Shown: positions 16,199-25,454, numbered from the stretch's first letter. The stretch is 32,000 nucleotides of DNA from Methylophaga frappieri (GCF_000260965.1 NC_017856.1:180001-212000), one strand, 5' to 3'. Numbers and translations are program-made. Notes: generated by a model from the sequence alone, not told the origin.

Positions 16199-16654
16199 AT
16201 GAGTAAATTTGAAAATTTGCAGCTGGATAACCAGCTCTGCTTTGCACTATATAGTGCCACCAATGCCATTACTCGCGTCTACCGCCAACTTTTGGCAGAC
16301 CACGACTTAACCTATACGCAATATCTGGTGTTGTTGGTTTTATGGGAACAAGATGGTGTTGCAGTCCGTGATGTAATGAAGCGATTGAGACTTGATTCCG
16401 GCACACTTTCGCCTATTTTAAAACGATTGGAACGAGGCGGCTTGTTAACAAAAAAACGCAATGATAGCGATGAACGCATTGTCCGCATCTTCTTAACAAA
16501 AAAATCACGCGATATGCAGGCCGAGATTGCCGATATTCAGCATCAGGTTGTTTGTCAAACAAAACTCAACTCATCCGATTTTCTTGCCCTATTAGGCGAA
16601 TTGGAGTCACTCACTGAAACGCTTCGGCAAACACCGTTAGCCAAATCAGCCTGA
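16199..16654 (+). CDS. ohrR: MarR-family organic hydroperoxide sensor, 2-Cys OhrR type
   Basis: N-terminal LDNQLCFALY with the sensing Cys14. Strong similarity to B. subtilis/Xanthomonas OhrR (YTQYLVLLVLWE...LDSGTLSPILKRLERGGLLTKKR...DER). Second Cys119 is 105 residues after Cys14, the same spacing I recall for Xanthomonas C22/C127. Confidence 0.88.
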   Translation: MSKFENLQLDNQLCFALYSATNAITRVYRQLLADHDLTYTQYLVLLVLWEQDGVAVRDVMKRLRLDSGTLSPILKRLERGGLLTKKRNDSDERIVRIFLTKKSRDMQAEIADIQHQVVCQTKLNSSDFLALLGELESLTETLRQTPLAKSA

Positions 16655-16655
16655 A

Positions 16656-17453
16656 TCAACGTATAAGCAAACGAGTGACAAATCGCCAACCAATGATAAG
16701 TAAAAGCAGCGGTAGCAAAACCATAATCAATAAAAACTCAGCTAGCAGATAAACAGCCGCCTCAACGGCCTGCTCTGCACGCAATTTAATCTGCTCAAGT
16801 TTCGCTTTAATATCCAGATTATCCCGCCAGCCTTGATACCATTTCTTGTCTTCATTGCCGGCTGACTGTTGAAATGACTGCAGGCTGGATTCCGTTGCAT
16901 CTAATACTGCCACGGCTTGCTGTCTGTCATGCTGTAACCAGACCTGTGCCTGATGTGATACCAGTGCTGTCACCGGAACGATTAGCCGCAGAACACTGAG
17001 GACGACAATCAATTTGAGTAGATACTGCATGGGCTTGGCTGTGTCCAAACCCGGCCTGTGCCAAACTAGGATCGCTGTCAGTACAATCAATAACGCCAAT
17101 AGTCCTCGAAACAGATTAATATCCGCCGCGGTAATTACAATCTGTTGTATGCCCAGCGACGCTGAGGCCAGCAGTAAAACCGTCGAAACCTGTTCGATAA
17201 GATCGTTGAGCGGATCCAGTATTTGTCCCGGCGTCAGGGTCAAACCGACGCCCATCGGTTCGATTGCCAACTCGGTGCCTTGCATCACAGAAATCACAGC
17301 ATTTAATCCGCGTGCCAACGCATAAATCGTGAGTGTAATACGAAGCATCTCACTTAATTGGGGTGCCGCCAGATCCGCCAGCGGGACAAAAGCAATGACA
17401 AACAACACGCCAAGTAACAGTAATATCCGCCGTTTTCGTTTTGTTGTCGTCAT
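16656..17453 (-). CDS. membrane protein of unknown function (N- and C-terminal TM helices, internal TM bundle, coiled-coil-like segment)
   Basis: Start set at ATG 17453 (MTTTKRKRRILLLLGVLF...) with a GGAG SD 6 nt upstream. The ORF-track start at 17600 would overlap the upstream gene by 125 nt. I recognise no family motif. Confidence 0.6.
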   Translation of the reverse strand: MTTTKRKRRILLLLGVLFVIAFVPLADLAAPQLSEMLRITLTIYALARGLNAVISVMQGTELAIEPMGVGLTLTPGQILDPLNDLIEQVSTVLLLASASLGIQQIVITAADINLFRGLLALLIVLTAILVWHRPGLDTAKPMQYLLKLIVVLSVLRLIVPVTALVSHQAQVWLQHDRQQAVAVLDATESSLQSFQQSAGNEDKKWYQGWRDNLDIKAKLEQIKLRAEQAVEAAVYLLAEFLLIMVLLPLLLLIIGWRFVTRLLIR

Positions 17454-17475
17454 ACCCTGCTCCGTGTCACCAGAA

Positions 17476-17790
17476 TCAGTCGTCATCAATATCATAATTG
17501 CGGTCGGGCCTGTCGGTTGTTGGAGATGCCAGCACGGTTTCGCGAAGCCCAAGAAAGTAGAAAAGTAACAGCAAAAGATAAAACCAAAGCTGACCCTCAT
17601 TGTTTACGATACGAAATAGCGCCCATATTGGTACCACAAAAAATACGGCGTTAAGCGCAATGGCCAAAGTGCGTCGCATTCGCTGTGCTGCTAGCTCATA
17701 TAGTAGTCGCGCGAAAAGCCCGGTCATATAGCCGCCAACCACAGCTAAGATAAACACCAAAAACATGCCAAATGGTGTTAACGCTTTCAT
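17476..17790 (-). CDS. small 3-TM membrane protein of unknown function with an acidic C-terminus (..NYDIDDD)
   Basis: Start set at ATG 17790 (MKALTPFGMFLVF...), preceded by a GGGGGGA purine tract. The stop lies 20 nt (17454-17473) upstream of the downstream gene's ATG at 17453, so the two probably form an operon. Confidence 0.55.
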   Translation of the reverse strand: MKALTPFGMFLVFILAVVGGYMTGLFARLLYELAAQRMRRTLAIALNAVFFVVPIWALFRIVNNEGQLWFYLLLLLFYFLGLRETVLASPTTDRPDRNYDIDDD

Positions 17791-17943
17791 TGGCAATCCC
17801 CCCAGAAAGAGACTAAACAACCCGACCTAAGGATGAGTATAAAACGAACCTGTTGCCAATCACTGTCTTTAAAGACTGGTCAACTACGATGTCGACGATT
17901 ATGATGCCGGTCAATTCATTGACCAACTCTGTGTATTAATCTG

Positions 17944-18759
17944 ATGAACCCTTCACAACAACGCGCTTTTCTCAGTTTCCAAGACCATTTTGAACAACTA
18001 CGTCATAACCGCCTATTTGAATGGTCGGTGGTGGCTGTGATTATTTTTTCAGCCTTGCTTGCCGGCGCAAAAACTTATGATATTCCGGTCAGTGTATCGC
18101 GGACAATGGTGTGGCTGGATTATGCCATTACGCTGTTCTTTTTAATTGAGATCAGTATTCGATTTTTAGGCGAGCGACGGAAACGTGACTTTTTGAAAAG
18201 CGGGTGGAATGTCTTTGATACCTTGATTGTCATTGCCAGTCTGGTGCCAATCGAAGACAGTGAACTCGCTTTTGTTGGCCGCTTATTGCGCATTTTTCGT
18301 GTACTGCGGATGGTCTCCATCATTCCTGAGCTTCGCCATTTGCTGAACTCATTGCTTAAAGCCTTGCCTCAGCTTAGTTACGTGGCGTTGATGATGTTCA
18401 TTATTGTTTATATTTTTGCCGCCGTGGGCACATCACTTTTTGCCGATATTAATGAAACCTTGTGGGGGGATATTGCGGTCGCGATGCTGACCTTATTCAG
18501 GGTCATGACTTTTGAGGACTGGACTGACGTCATGTATGAAACCATGGCCGTTTATCCGCTCAGCTGGGTATTTTATTTGCTGTTTATTTTTCTTAATACC
18601 TTTGCTTTTTTAAATATGTTGATTGGTATTGTGGTCAATGTCATGGAGCAAGAACGTCAGGAAGCACAACAACAGCTTCATAAAAACGATCCAACACTGC
18701 ATGATGTTTTACACGAATTACAAGCCCTTAAAGAACTGGTTCGCCAGCAGACCAAATAA
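17944..18759 (+). CDS. BacNav-type single-domain voltage-gated cation channel (6-TM, ion_trans family)
   Basis: S4 with four Arg at every third position (GRLLRIFRVLRM, 18280-18309). Pore helix and filter LTLFRVMTFEDWTDVMY (filter codons 18508-18528). S6. C-terminal coiled coil (LHDVLHELQALKELVRQQ). Confidence 0.88.
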   Translation: MNPSQQRAFLSFQDHFEQLRHNRLFEWSVVAVIIFSALLAGAKTYDIPVSVSRTMVWLDYAITLFFLIEISIRFLGERRKRDFLKSGWNVFDTLIVIASLVPIEDSELAFVGRLLRIFRVLRMVSIIPELRHLLNSLLKALPQLSYVALMMFIIVYIFAAVGTSLFADINETLWGDIAVAMLTLFRVMTFEDWTDVMYETMAVYPLSWVFYLLFIFLNTFAFLNMLIGIVVNVMEQERQEAQQQLHKNDPTLHDVLHELQALKELVRQQTK

Positions 18760-18823
18760 TTCTTCACAGTCGGTTCACGACCTATCAGGCAGGTTAACTT
18801 TTTTGCGTGATAGGAAATAAGCT

Positions 18824-19345
18824 ATGTTTTCCAAGTGGACAACGGGATGTGCAGGACTATTATTCATAGCAGGTTGCGCCTCACACCCGCCAATGCCGAC
18901 GGTAGATTACGTTGATTTGGATCGTTTTATGGGGGATTGGTATGTGATTGCCAATATTCCCACCTTTATTGAGAAGGGCGCTCACAATGCACTTGAATCA
19001 TATGAACGAAATTCGGATGGCTCAATTGCCACTACCTTTGAATTTCGAAAAGACAGTTATGACGGCCCTTTAAAAACCTATCACCCGACCGGTTTTGTGC
19101 AAGATAACGGTTCTAATGCAATTTGGGGCATGCAGTTTATCTGGCCAATAAAAGCAGATTATCGGATCATTTATTTAAATGCTGATTACACGCAAACAGT
19201 GATTGGTCGAAAGCAGCGTGATTATGTGTGGATTATGGCTCGCACACCAGAAATAAGTGAGGCAGACTATCAACAATTACGACGTTTTATTGCCGATCAA
19301 GGCTATGATGTTGAGGCAATAAGAGAGGTCCCACAACGTTGGTAA
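18824..19345 (+). CDS. blc: outer-membrane lipocalin lipoprotein
   Basis: Lipobox LLFIAGC. Lipocalin GxW motif (FMGDWYVIANIP). C-terminal similarity to E. coli Blc (RDYVWIMARTPEISEADY). Confidence 0.88.
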   Translation: MFSKWTTGCAGLLFIAGCASHPPMPTVDYVDLDRFMGDWYVIANIPTFIEKGAHNALESYERNSDGSIATTFEFRKDSYDGPLKTYHPTGFVQDNGSNAIWGMQFIWPIKADYRIIYLNADYTQTVIGRKQRDYVWIMARTPEISEADYQQLRRFIADQGYDVEAIREVPQRW

Positions 19346-19389
19346 TCTGACTGCCCGATTATTCAATTAGTATTTCGTTAATTACAATC

Positions 19390-19923
19390 ATGCAACCTGA
19401 GCACCATATACTCACGGCCACAATTGAAGACGCTCAACCACTTTGTGAGCTTCTGACTCGCTGTGCCAAACACATGCAATCACAAGGGATGTCGCATTGG
19501 ATAGGCGTCTATGACCTAGACTCAGTGACACAACAAATTAAAACTAAAAGTGTTTACAAGTTAGTGCTATCAGAACAAATCAAAGCCTGTGTCGCCTTAT
19601 CACCAATACCAGCACCCTATTACGCAGATTGCTGGCCTGATGCTCCAATGGCAGACTGGTATCTGACCATGCTGGCAGTGATGCCTGACGAGCAACAATC
19701 CGGATTTGGATCGATACTGCTTAATTTTGCAAAACAGCAACTGACAGGGGGTGAGACACTGCAACTGGACGCTGTTGCACATTATCCTGAATTACTTCGG
19801 TTTTATCGCAAACATGGTTTTACTCAACTGACCTCGGGCATAGGTCTTGGCGATCGGCGTTATTTGTTTGGCTGGTCACTATCCCCCTCCCCCAACCGCC
19901 TCAATATGAAGCCAGTCGATTAG
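19390..19923 (+). CDS. GNAT-family N-acetyltransferase
   Basis: Acetyl-CoA-binding motif A ([20 protein letters not shown]) and C-terminal [10 protein letters not shown]. Confidence 0.8.
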   Translation: MQPEHHILTATIEDAQPLCELLTRCAKHMQSQGMSHWIGVYDLDSVTQQIKTKSVYKLVLSEQIKACVALSPIPAPYYADCWPDAPMADWYLTMLAVMPDEQQSGFGSILLNFAKQQLTGGETLQLDAVAHYPELLRFYRKHGFTQLTSGIGLGDRRYLFGWSLSPSPNRLNMKPVD

Positions 19924-19981
19924 GCTTAACCGCAGCGAAACTTTTCGTCAGCCGCCGCCACTAAACTATGAGGTAATTTTT

Positions 19982-20179
19982 ATGCAGGCTATACAAGAAC
20001 ACGCAGTTAATTGTCCTTATTGTGGTGAAGTTATCAGCTTATTGATTGATAGCAGTGAGGTGTTTCAGGATTATATAGAAGACTGTGAAGTCTGCTGCCG
20101 ACCGATTCGATTGCAAATAGATTGCGGTGATGGTTCAGAATGCACAATTTTAACATTCCACGAGAATGACACAATTTAA
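19982..20179 (+). CDS. CPXCG-motif cysteine-rich small protein (putative Zn-binding)
   Basis: 65 aa with CPYCG...CEVCCRP and a GAGG SD 8 nt upstream. Confidence 0.75.
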   Translation: MQAIQEHAVNCPYCGEVISLLIDSSEVFQDYIEDCEVCCRPIRLQIDCGDGSECTILTFHENDTI

Positions 20180-20287
20180 ATCACTTTGATTTAAGGAAAA
20201 AAATCCTGTATAAACAGGAGACTTTGCTCATCCATGGAACCGGAAACCAGTTTTAAATAGCTTTTTTTGAGGTCATTACGGATTAGC

Positions 20288-20674
20288 ATGCTCAGTAAGA
20301 TTAAGATCACCAAAGTCGGGACCTTCTCTTTTCTGATTATTTGTTTGCCTCACGCGCAAGCATCCTTGGATCTGCTCGCCGGTGTTGAGGCGGGTATTGA
20401 AACTGACACCGCAATGACCAATCCTGATCTGGATCGTACACAAGAAATTCTCACCGCCCAGCAAACCGACAAAAGCCATCACTGGTATAACGACCAGACC
20501 GGCATTGCCTACAAGATTGATATCAAGCGCAGCTATACCTACGGTAACTATCCTTGTCTTGCCTACAATTTAACGATTATCAAAGGAAATCAAGAATCTG
20601 TTAAACCGCTTGATGCTTGCCGCCACCGTAGTGGTAAATGGATTTCCGTTTCACCGAATCCAATGACTTTTTAA
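20288..20674 (+). CDS. secreted surface-antigen-domain protein (RT0821/Lpp0805-like, 17-kDa antigen-type domain)
   Basis: Start at ATG 20288 gives the signal peptide MLSKIKITKVGTFSFLIICLPHAQA. C-terminal pattern W.N..TG..Y.......Y....PC..Y.......G.......ACR...GKW. Confidence 0.6.
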   Translation: MLSKIKITKVGTFSFLIICLPHAQASLDLLAGVEAGIETDTAMTNPDLDRTQEILTAQQTDKSHHWYNDQTGIAYKIDIKRSYTYGNYPCLAYNLTIIKGNQESVKPLDACRHRSGKWISVSPNPMTF

Positions 20675-20675
20675 T

Positions 20676-21641
20676 TCAAGGCGAATTGGCGACGATAATT
20701 GCTCTGAGCGGCGCCGGATAACCTTCAACCGTTAATTCACCATCTTCTGTCAAAAAATCTGCTAAAGATTGTGACGGCATCCAACTGGTACGCCGTTGTT
20801 CTGCTAGTGAGGTTGGCGACACATCAACACATCGAATTGCTTGAAAACCACAGCGTGTAAGCCATTGGATCAAGGTATCCACACTAGGGATAAACCAGAC
20901 ATTTCGCATTCTGGCATAACGATTTTCAGGCATGAGTGCGTAACCAGCCTCACCGGGAACCACCAACGTTTCCAGAACAAGTTCCCCGCCACTTCTCAAA
21001 CATTGTCGGCACTCCATCAAATGATCAATGGGTGAACGACGATGATATAACACGCCCATTGAAAAGACGGTATCAAACAAGGCTAATTCTGGAGGCATAT
21101 GTTCGATGCCCAGTGGAAAGACAAAGTGTCGTTCACTTTGAATAAAGTGTTGCATCAGCTGATACTGCATAACAAAGAGCCAGGTCGGATCAATACCCAT
21201 GACCATTTGCGCGCCTTCCTCGACCATCCGCCAACCGTGGTAACCATTGCCACCACCAATATCCAGAACGGCACGTCCTGATAGCGGCTGAATATGGGGT
21301 TTTAACCGTTGCCATTTCCAATCCGATCGCCATTCTGTATCGATCTCGATATCAAATAACTGATACGGCCCTTTTCGCCATGGCAACAACAGTTTTAATC
21401 CCGCCAGGATCTGCTCACGTTGCTGCGCATCAACGTCTGCCGCATTGCCAATCTGGATAACATCATCGAACTTTATCTCAGAGGGTTTAATCACTGGCAA
21501 CGCCTTCAGCATAGCTTGCCACTCCGGTAACTTGCCATGTTGCTCAGGTGAGAGGCGTCTTGTCGTATATTGCGCTAACTGATGTTGCCAAGTGGTTTGG
21601 CCAACGCTGCCTAACCAATCATAAAAAAGCTGATAAGTCAT
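20676..21641 (-). CDS. cmoB: tRNA U34 carboxymethyltransferase
   Basis: Full-length CmoB similarity (LPWRKGPY.LF.I.IDTEWRSDWKW.R; VLDIGGGNGYH.WRM). Directly abuts the cmoA stop. Confidence 0.93.
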   Translation of the reverse strand: MTYQLFYDWLGSVGQTTWQHQLAQYTTRRLSPEQHGKLPEWQAMLKALPVIKPSEIKFDDVIQIGNAADVDAQQREQILAGLKLLLPWRKGPYQLFDIEIDTEWRSDWKWQRLKPHIQPLSGRAVLDIGGGNGYHGWRMVEEGAQMVMGIDPTWLFVMQYQLMQHFIQSERHFVFPLGIEHMPPELALFDTVFSMGVLYHRRSPIDHLMECRQCLRSGGELVLETLVVPGEAGYALMPENRYARMRNVWFIPSVDTLIQWLTRCGFQAIRCVDVSPTSLAEQRRTSWMPSQSLADFLTEDGELTVEGYPAPLRAIIVANSP

Positions 21642-22373
21642 TTATTTAAAAGCAATGAATGAAGCAAAATTAAAACATTGAAACCAACGTAGTGAACGCT
21701 GAAAACCAGCCTGTGCAAACCGGGCATGGTGGGCTGACTCGGTTTCCGGAATCAACACATGCTCTAAAGCACTGCGTTTTTGACTGATTTCCATATCGGA
21801 ATAGCCATTCGCCCGTTTAAAATCGAGATGACTATCAATAAACCACGCTGCCGAATCAGCATCATCGAAAGTGAGTTTCTCAGAGACAATTAGCACACCG
21901 CCCGGCTCAAGGCCAGCATACACTTTGGCAATCAGCGCATTGCGTTGGTCGACGGGCACAAACTGCAAAGTAAAGTTCATGACAACGACACTGGCATTGG
22001 TAATCGGACTATGACAAATATCTTCCTGTCGCAGTGACACCGGCACGCGGCTGTTATCAGCCTTCACAATGCGTTCAGCCCGTTCAATCATGGCTGCCGA
22101 GTTATCTATGGCGATAATGCGGCAATGTGCAGCTTTAATACGCTGCCGCATGGATAAGGTCACCGCGCCCAGCGAACAGCCAAGGTCATAACAATGGGTT
22201 TTTTCAATGGCGTACTTGTCTGCCAAAATACCAATACCCGCAATGAGCGTTGCATAACCGGGAACGGAACGCTGGATCATGTCGGGAAAAACATCAGCAA
22301 CACGTTCATCAAAGCGAAAATCGACCATTTCTGTCAACGCCGAAGCGTAAATATTATCGGTTTTTCGGGTCAT
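21642..22373 (-). CDS. cmoA: carboxy-S-adenosyl-L-methionine synthase
   Basis: FDERVADVFPDMIQRSVPGY...YDLGCSLGA is near-identical in pattern to E. coli CmoA. Confidence 0.93.
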   Translation of the reverse strand: MTRKTDNIYASALTEMVDFRFDERVADVFPDMIQRSVPGYATLIAGIGILADKYAIEKTHCYDLGCSLGAVTLSMRQRIKAAHCRIIAIDNSAAMIERAERIVKADNSRVPVSLRQEDICHSPITNASVVVMNFTLQFVPVDQRNALIAKVYAGLEPGGVLIVSEKLTFDDADSAAWFIDSHLDFKRANGYSDMEISQKRSALEHVLIPETESAHHARFAQAGFQRSLRWFQCFNFASFIAFK

Positions 22374-23056
22374 GTTTGTGGTGCTTTTTTACGTGCGACA
22401 TTGTTACGCAGATAGACTGGCAATGCCTGGTCTGCCGAGAGCATGTTGCCTGACTGATATTGTGAAACAGCCAACGGCAACATGGAAGCCGCATCAGGAA
22501 ATGCTGAATCCCGGATTTCAGCCAATTGATGCTGTAACCGTTGTTGTAATTGTGCTGGATAAATCGACCAGCCATTGCCCGCTGCCGTCCATATTCTGGT
22601 ATCAGCTAATGTTACCTGCTCAGGCGGGCAAACGCGCTCCTCGCTCAGCGGTATAACCACCTCGTTTTCTACTACAAAATCGGCATGATAAACCTCGCCC
22701 ATTCTGGCATCCAGGGCGACACTGATGTTTTTTACGTTGGTATGCAGATAGGTCTGCTGTGCTGTCGCCGCCAAAGTTGAAATCGGAATCACCGGCAACG
22801 TACGGGCAAACGCAATCCCTTGAGCCACAGCAACACCGATACGTACCCCTGTAAACGAACCGGGCCCTCGTCCAAAAACCAAGGCATCCATCTCGGATAA
22901 TGTTAGGCCCGCCTGCCCTAATACGGAATCAATCATGTTGAGTATGCGTTCAGAATGCTTCTGACCTGCAATCTCATGCGCCAGAAACACCTCACCGTGG
23001 CGATAAACGGCAACACTACAATTTTCGGTACAGGTATCTAATGCAAGTAATTTCAT
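22370..23056 (-). CDS. tsaB: tRNA t6A37 biosynthesis protein TsaB
   Basis: MKLLALDTCTENCSVAV...GPGSFTGVRIGVAVAQG, the ASKHA-fold TsaB signature. 4-nt overlap with the cmoA start. Confidence 0.9.
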   Translation of the reverse strand: MKLLALDTCTENCSVAVYRHGEVFLAHEIAGQKHSERILNMIDSVLGQAGLTLSEMDALVFGRGPGSFTGVRIGVAVAQGIAFARTLPVIPISTLAATAQQTYLHTNVKNISVALDARMGEVYHADFVVENEVVIPLSEERVCPPEQVTLADTRIWTAAGNGWSIYPAQLQQRLQHQLAEIRDSAFPDAASMLPLAVSQYQSGNMLSADQALPVYLRNNVARKKAPQT

Positions 23057-23132
23057 GAAGTTGTCATTTAGGTGTCATCGCTAAGTCACTGACTTGGTTT
23101 ACATTGATAGCTGATGAACCAAGGAGAGTAAG

Positions 23133-23255
23133 ATGGCGTTTTTCATTGATTGTCTTTATATCGGTCGCGAGCTGGGTCGTTTAGCGCTGGTTATTATAAC
23201 GTCTCCGTTTGCTATCATTAGTAGCGTTTTAATGCTTGGCTCTGCAGGCTGGTAA
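23133..23255 (+). CDS. possible 40-aa hydrophobic small protein (MAFFIDCLYIGRELGRLALVIITSPFAIISSVLMLGSAGW)
   Basis: AAGGAG SD (23121-23126) 6 nt before the ATG. One predicted TM helix. It lies in a 210-bp gap not otherwise explained and is below the ORF-track size cutoff. Confidence 0.35.
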   Translation: MAFFIDCLYIGRELGRLALVIITSPFAIISSVLMLGSAGW

Positions 23256-23267
23256 CCCTACAAAATA

Positions 23268-25454
23268 CTAACGTTTACGACTCCGTTTGACTGCTGTTTT
23301 CCCAGATTTGCCTCGCACGTGCTGTGTTCGGAATTGTTTTGCAGCCATTGCAGGCGTCAGGTTTTTTCTTTCCGCTCTACGCCCTTCCCCTTGATTACCT
23401 GTGCCTTTTGGCTGGTAGGTCGGTATTAAGTGTTTTTTGCCATTACCAATTAAATCGGCCCGCCCCATTGACTTCAATGCATCACGCAGCATTGGCCAAT
23501 TTTCAGGATCATGGTAACGCAAGAAGGCTTTATGTAACCGCCTCTTTTTTAAGCCTTTGGGTACCGTGATATCACCACTTTGCCGACGCACTTTTCGAAG
23601 TGTGTCTTTACCTGAGTGGTACATTGCTGCAGCAGCAGACATCGGCGAGGGTAAATAAGCTTGAACCTGATCAGCCCGAAAACCATTGCGTTTTAGCCAA
23701 ATAGCCAGATTCAACATATCTTCATCTTTGGTGCCCGGATGAGCAGCGATAAAGTAAGGAATTAAATACTGCTCTTTACCGGCTTCTTTGGAATACTTAT
23801 CGAACAGTTTTTTAAATGCGTCATACGTCCCCATACCCGGTTTCATCATTTGCGACAATGGACCATCTTCGGTGTGCTCCGGGGCAATTTTTAAATAGCC
23901 ACCAACATGATGCGTCACTAATTCTTTTACATATTCAGGTGATTCAACAGCAAGGTCGTAGCGTAACCCTGACGCAACCAAAATCTTTTTCACGCCTGGC
24001 AATTTTCTGGCACGGCGATAGAGTTGAATCAGCGGTGTATGATCAGTGTTGAGGTTTTTACATATTCCTGGGTATACACAGGATAGTCGTCGACAACTTG
24101 CTTCAATCTCTTCGCTTTTACAGGCGAGCCGATACATGTTGGCTGTCGGCCCCCCTAAATCAGAAATCACTCCTGTAAAACCTGGGGTGGTATCACGAAT
24201 GGTCTCGATTTCTTTAATAATCGAATCTTCGCTCCGGCTTTGAATAATGCGACCTTCATGTTCGGTAATTGAACAAAACGTACATCCGCCAAAACAACCG
24301 CGCATAATATTGACCGAAAATCGGATCATTTCATATGCAGGAATGTTCATTTGCCCATATTTGTGGTGTGGCACACGGCTATACGGCAAATCAAAAACCG
24401 CGTCCATTTCCTTTGTGGTGAGTGGAATCGGCGGCGGATTTAACCAGACATCTAAATCGTTATGCTGCTGAACTAGCGCCAAAGCGTTACCGGGATTCGT
24501 TTCCAAATGCAAAATACGAGAAGTATGTGCATAACTAATTGGATCGGCTTTAACCTGCTCAAAAGCTGGTAACCGAATTACTGTTTTCCCTGCCGATCGG
24601 CGCGGCGATATCCGATGTATTTTTATAACATTATTTGCGACTGCTTCTGACGTCGGCTTTGACTCTGTTTTGGCCGTGTCGCAAGATGCGGCTGTCTGCA
24701 TTTGATAGGGATCAATCGGCGGATTTAATTTGCCGGGAGTATCCACATCCGTCGAGTCTTTTTCCCACCAACCATCACGCCGCCCATGTTTGGTTAAATA
24801 AGCTGTGCCGCGAATATCTGTCATTGTTTTAATAGATTCGCCATCCGCCAGACGGTGGGCAATCTCAACAACTTGGCGCTCTCCATTACCATAGACCAGT
24901 AAGTCTGCTTTCGCATCCATGATCACACTGCGACGAATTTTTTCTGACCAGTAATCATAATGCGCAATACGCCGCAAACTGGCTTCAATGCCACCAATCA
25001 CAATCGGAACATCTTTATGTGCTTCACGACAACGCTGACTATAAACAACGACACTCCGATCTGGTCGCTTGCCCCCTTCGCCCCCAGCTGTGTAAGCATC
25101 ATTACGACGGATTTTTTTATCTGAGGTATAGCGATTGACCATGGAGTCCATATTGCCCCCCGTCACGCCCCAGAACAGATTAGGTTTACCTAGCTTTTTG
25201 AAATCGTCCGCACTAGTCCAGTCAGGTTGGGAAATAATGCCAACTCGAAACCCCTGTGCCTCTAATAGTCTTCCAATGAGAGCCATGCCAAAACTGGGGT
25301 GATCAACATAGGCATCCCCGGTCACGATGATGACATCACAACTATCCCAGCCCAATGCCGCCATTTCTGCGCGCGTCATAGGTAATTGTTTGGCAACACC
25401 AAAGCGTTGTGCCCAGTATTTGCGATAGGAAAAAATATCAGGTGCAGCGTGCAT
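23268..25454 (-). CDS. ygiQ: YgiQ-family (UPF0313) radical SAM protein
   Basis: 728 aa with the radical-SAM cluster motif (CFGGCTFCS). Overall YgiQ architecture including the basic C-terminal tail. Confidence 0.9.
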   Translation of the reverse strand: MHAAPDIFSYRKYWAQRFGVAKQLPMTRAEMAALGWDSCDVIIVTGDAYVDHPSFGMALIGRLLEAQGFRVGIISQPDWTSADDFKKLGKPNLFWGVTGGNMDSMVNRYTSDKKIRRNDAYTAGGEGGKRPDRSVVVYSQRCREAHKDVPIVIGGIEASLRRIAHYDYWSEKIRRSVIMDAKADLLVYGNGERQVVEIAHRLADGESIKTMTDIRGTAYLTKHGRRDGWWEKDSTDVDTPGKLNPPIDPYQMQTAASCDTAKTESKPTSEAVANNVIKIHRISPRRSAGKTVIRLPAFEQVKADPISYAHTSRILHLETNPGNALALVQQHNDLDVWLNPPPIPLTTKEMDAVFDLPYSRVPHHKYGQMNIPAYEMIRFSVNIMRGCFGGCTFCSITEHEGRIIQSRSEDSIIKEIETIRDTTPGFTGVISDLGGPTANMYRLACKSEEIEASCRRLSCVYPGICKNLNTDHTPLIQLYRRARKLPGVKKILVASGLRYDLAVESPEYVKELVTHHVGGYLKIAPEHTEDGPLSQMMKPGMGTYDAFKKLFDKYSKEAGKEQYLIPYFIAAHPGTKDEDMLNLAIWLKRNGFRADQVQAYLPSPMSAAAAMYHSGKDTLRKVRRQSGDITVPKGLKKRRLHKAFLRYHDPENWPMLRDALKSMGRADLIGNGKKHLIPTYQPKGTGNQGEGRRAERKNLTPAMAAKQFRTQHVRGKSGKTAVKRSRKR

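Noticed and set aside
17014-17568. Plus-strand ORFs of 103 and 79 aa opposite the 266-aa membrane gene
   Set aside because: They have no SD and an unusual composition. The minus-strand frame gives coherent TM helices and a proper GGAG-ATG start.
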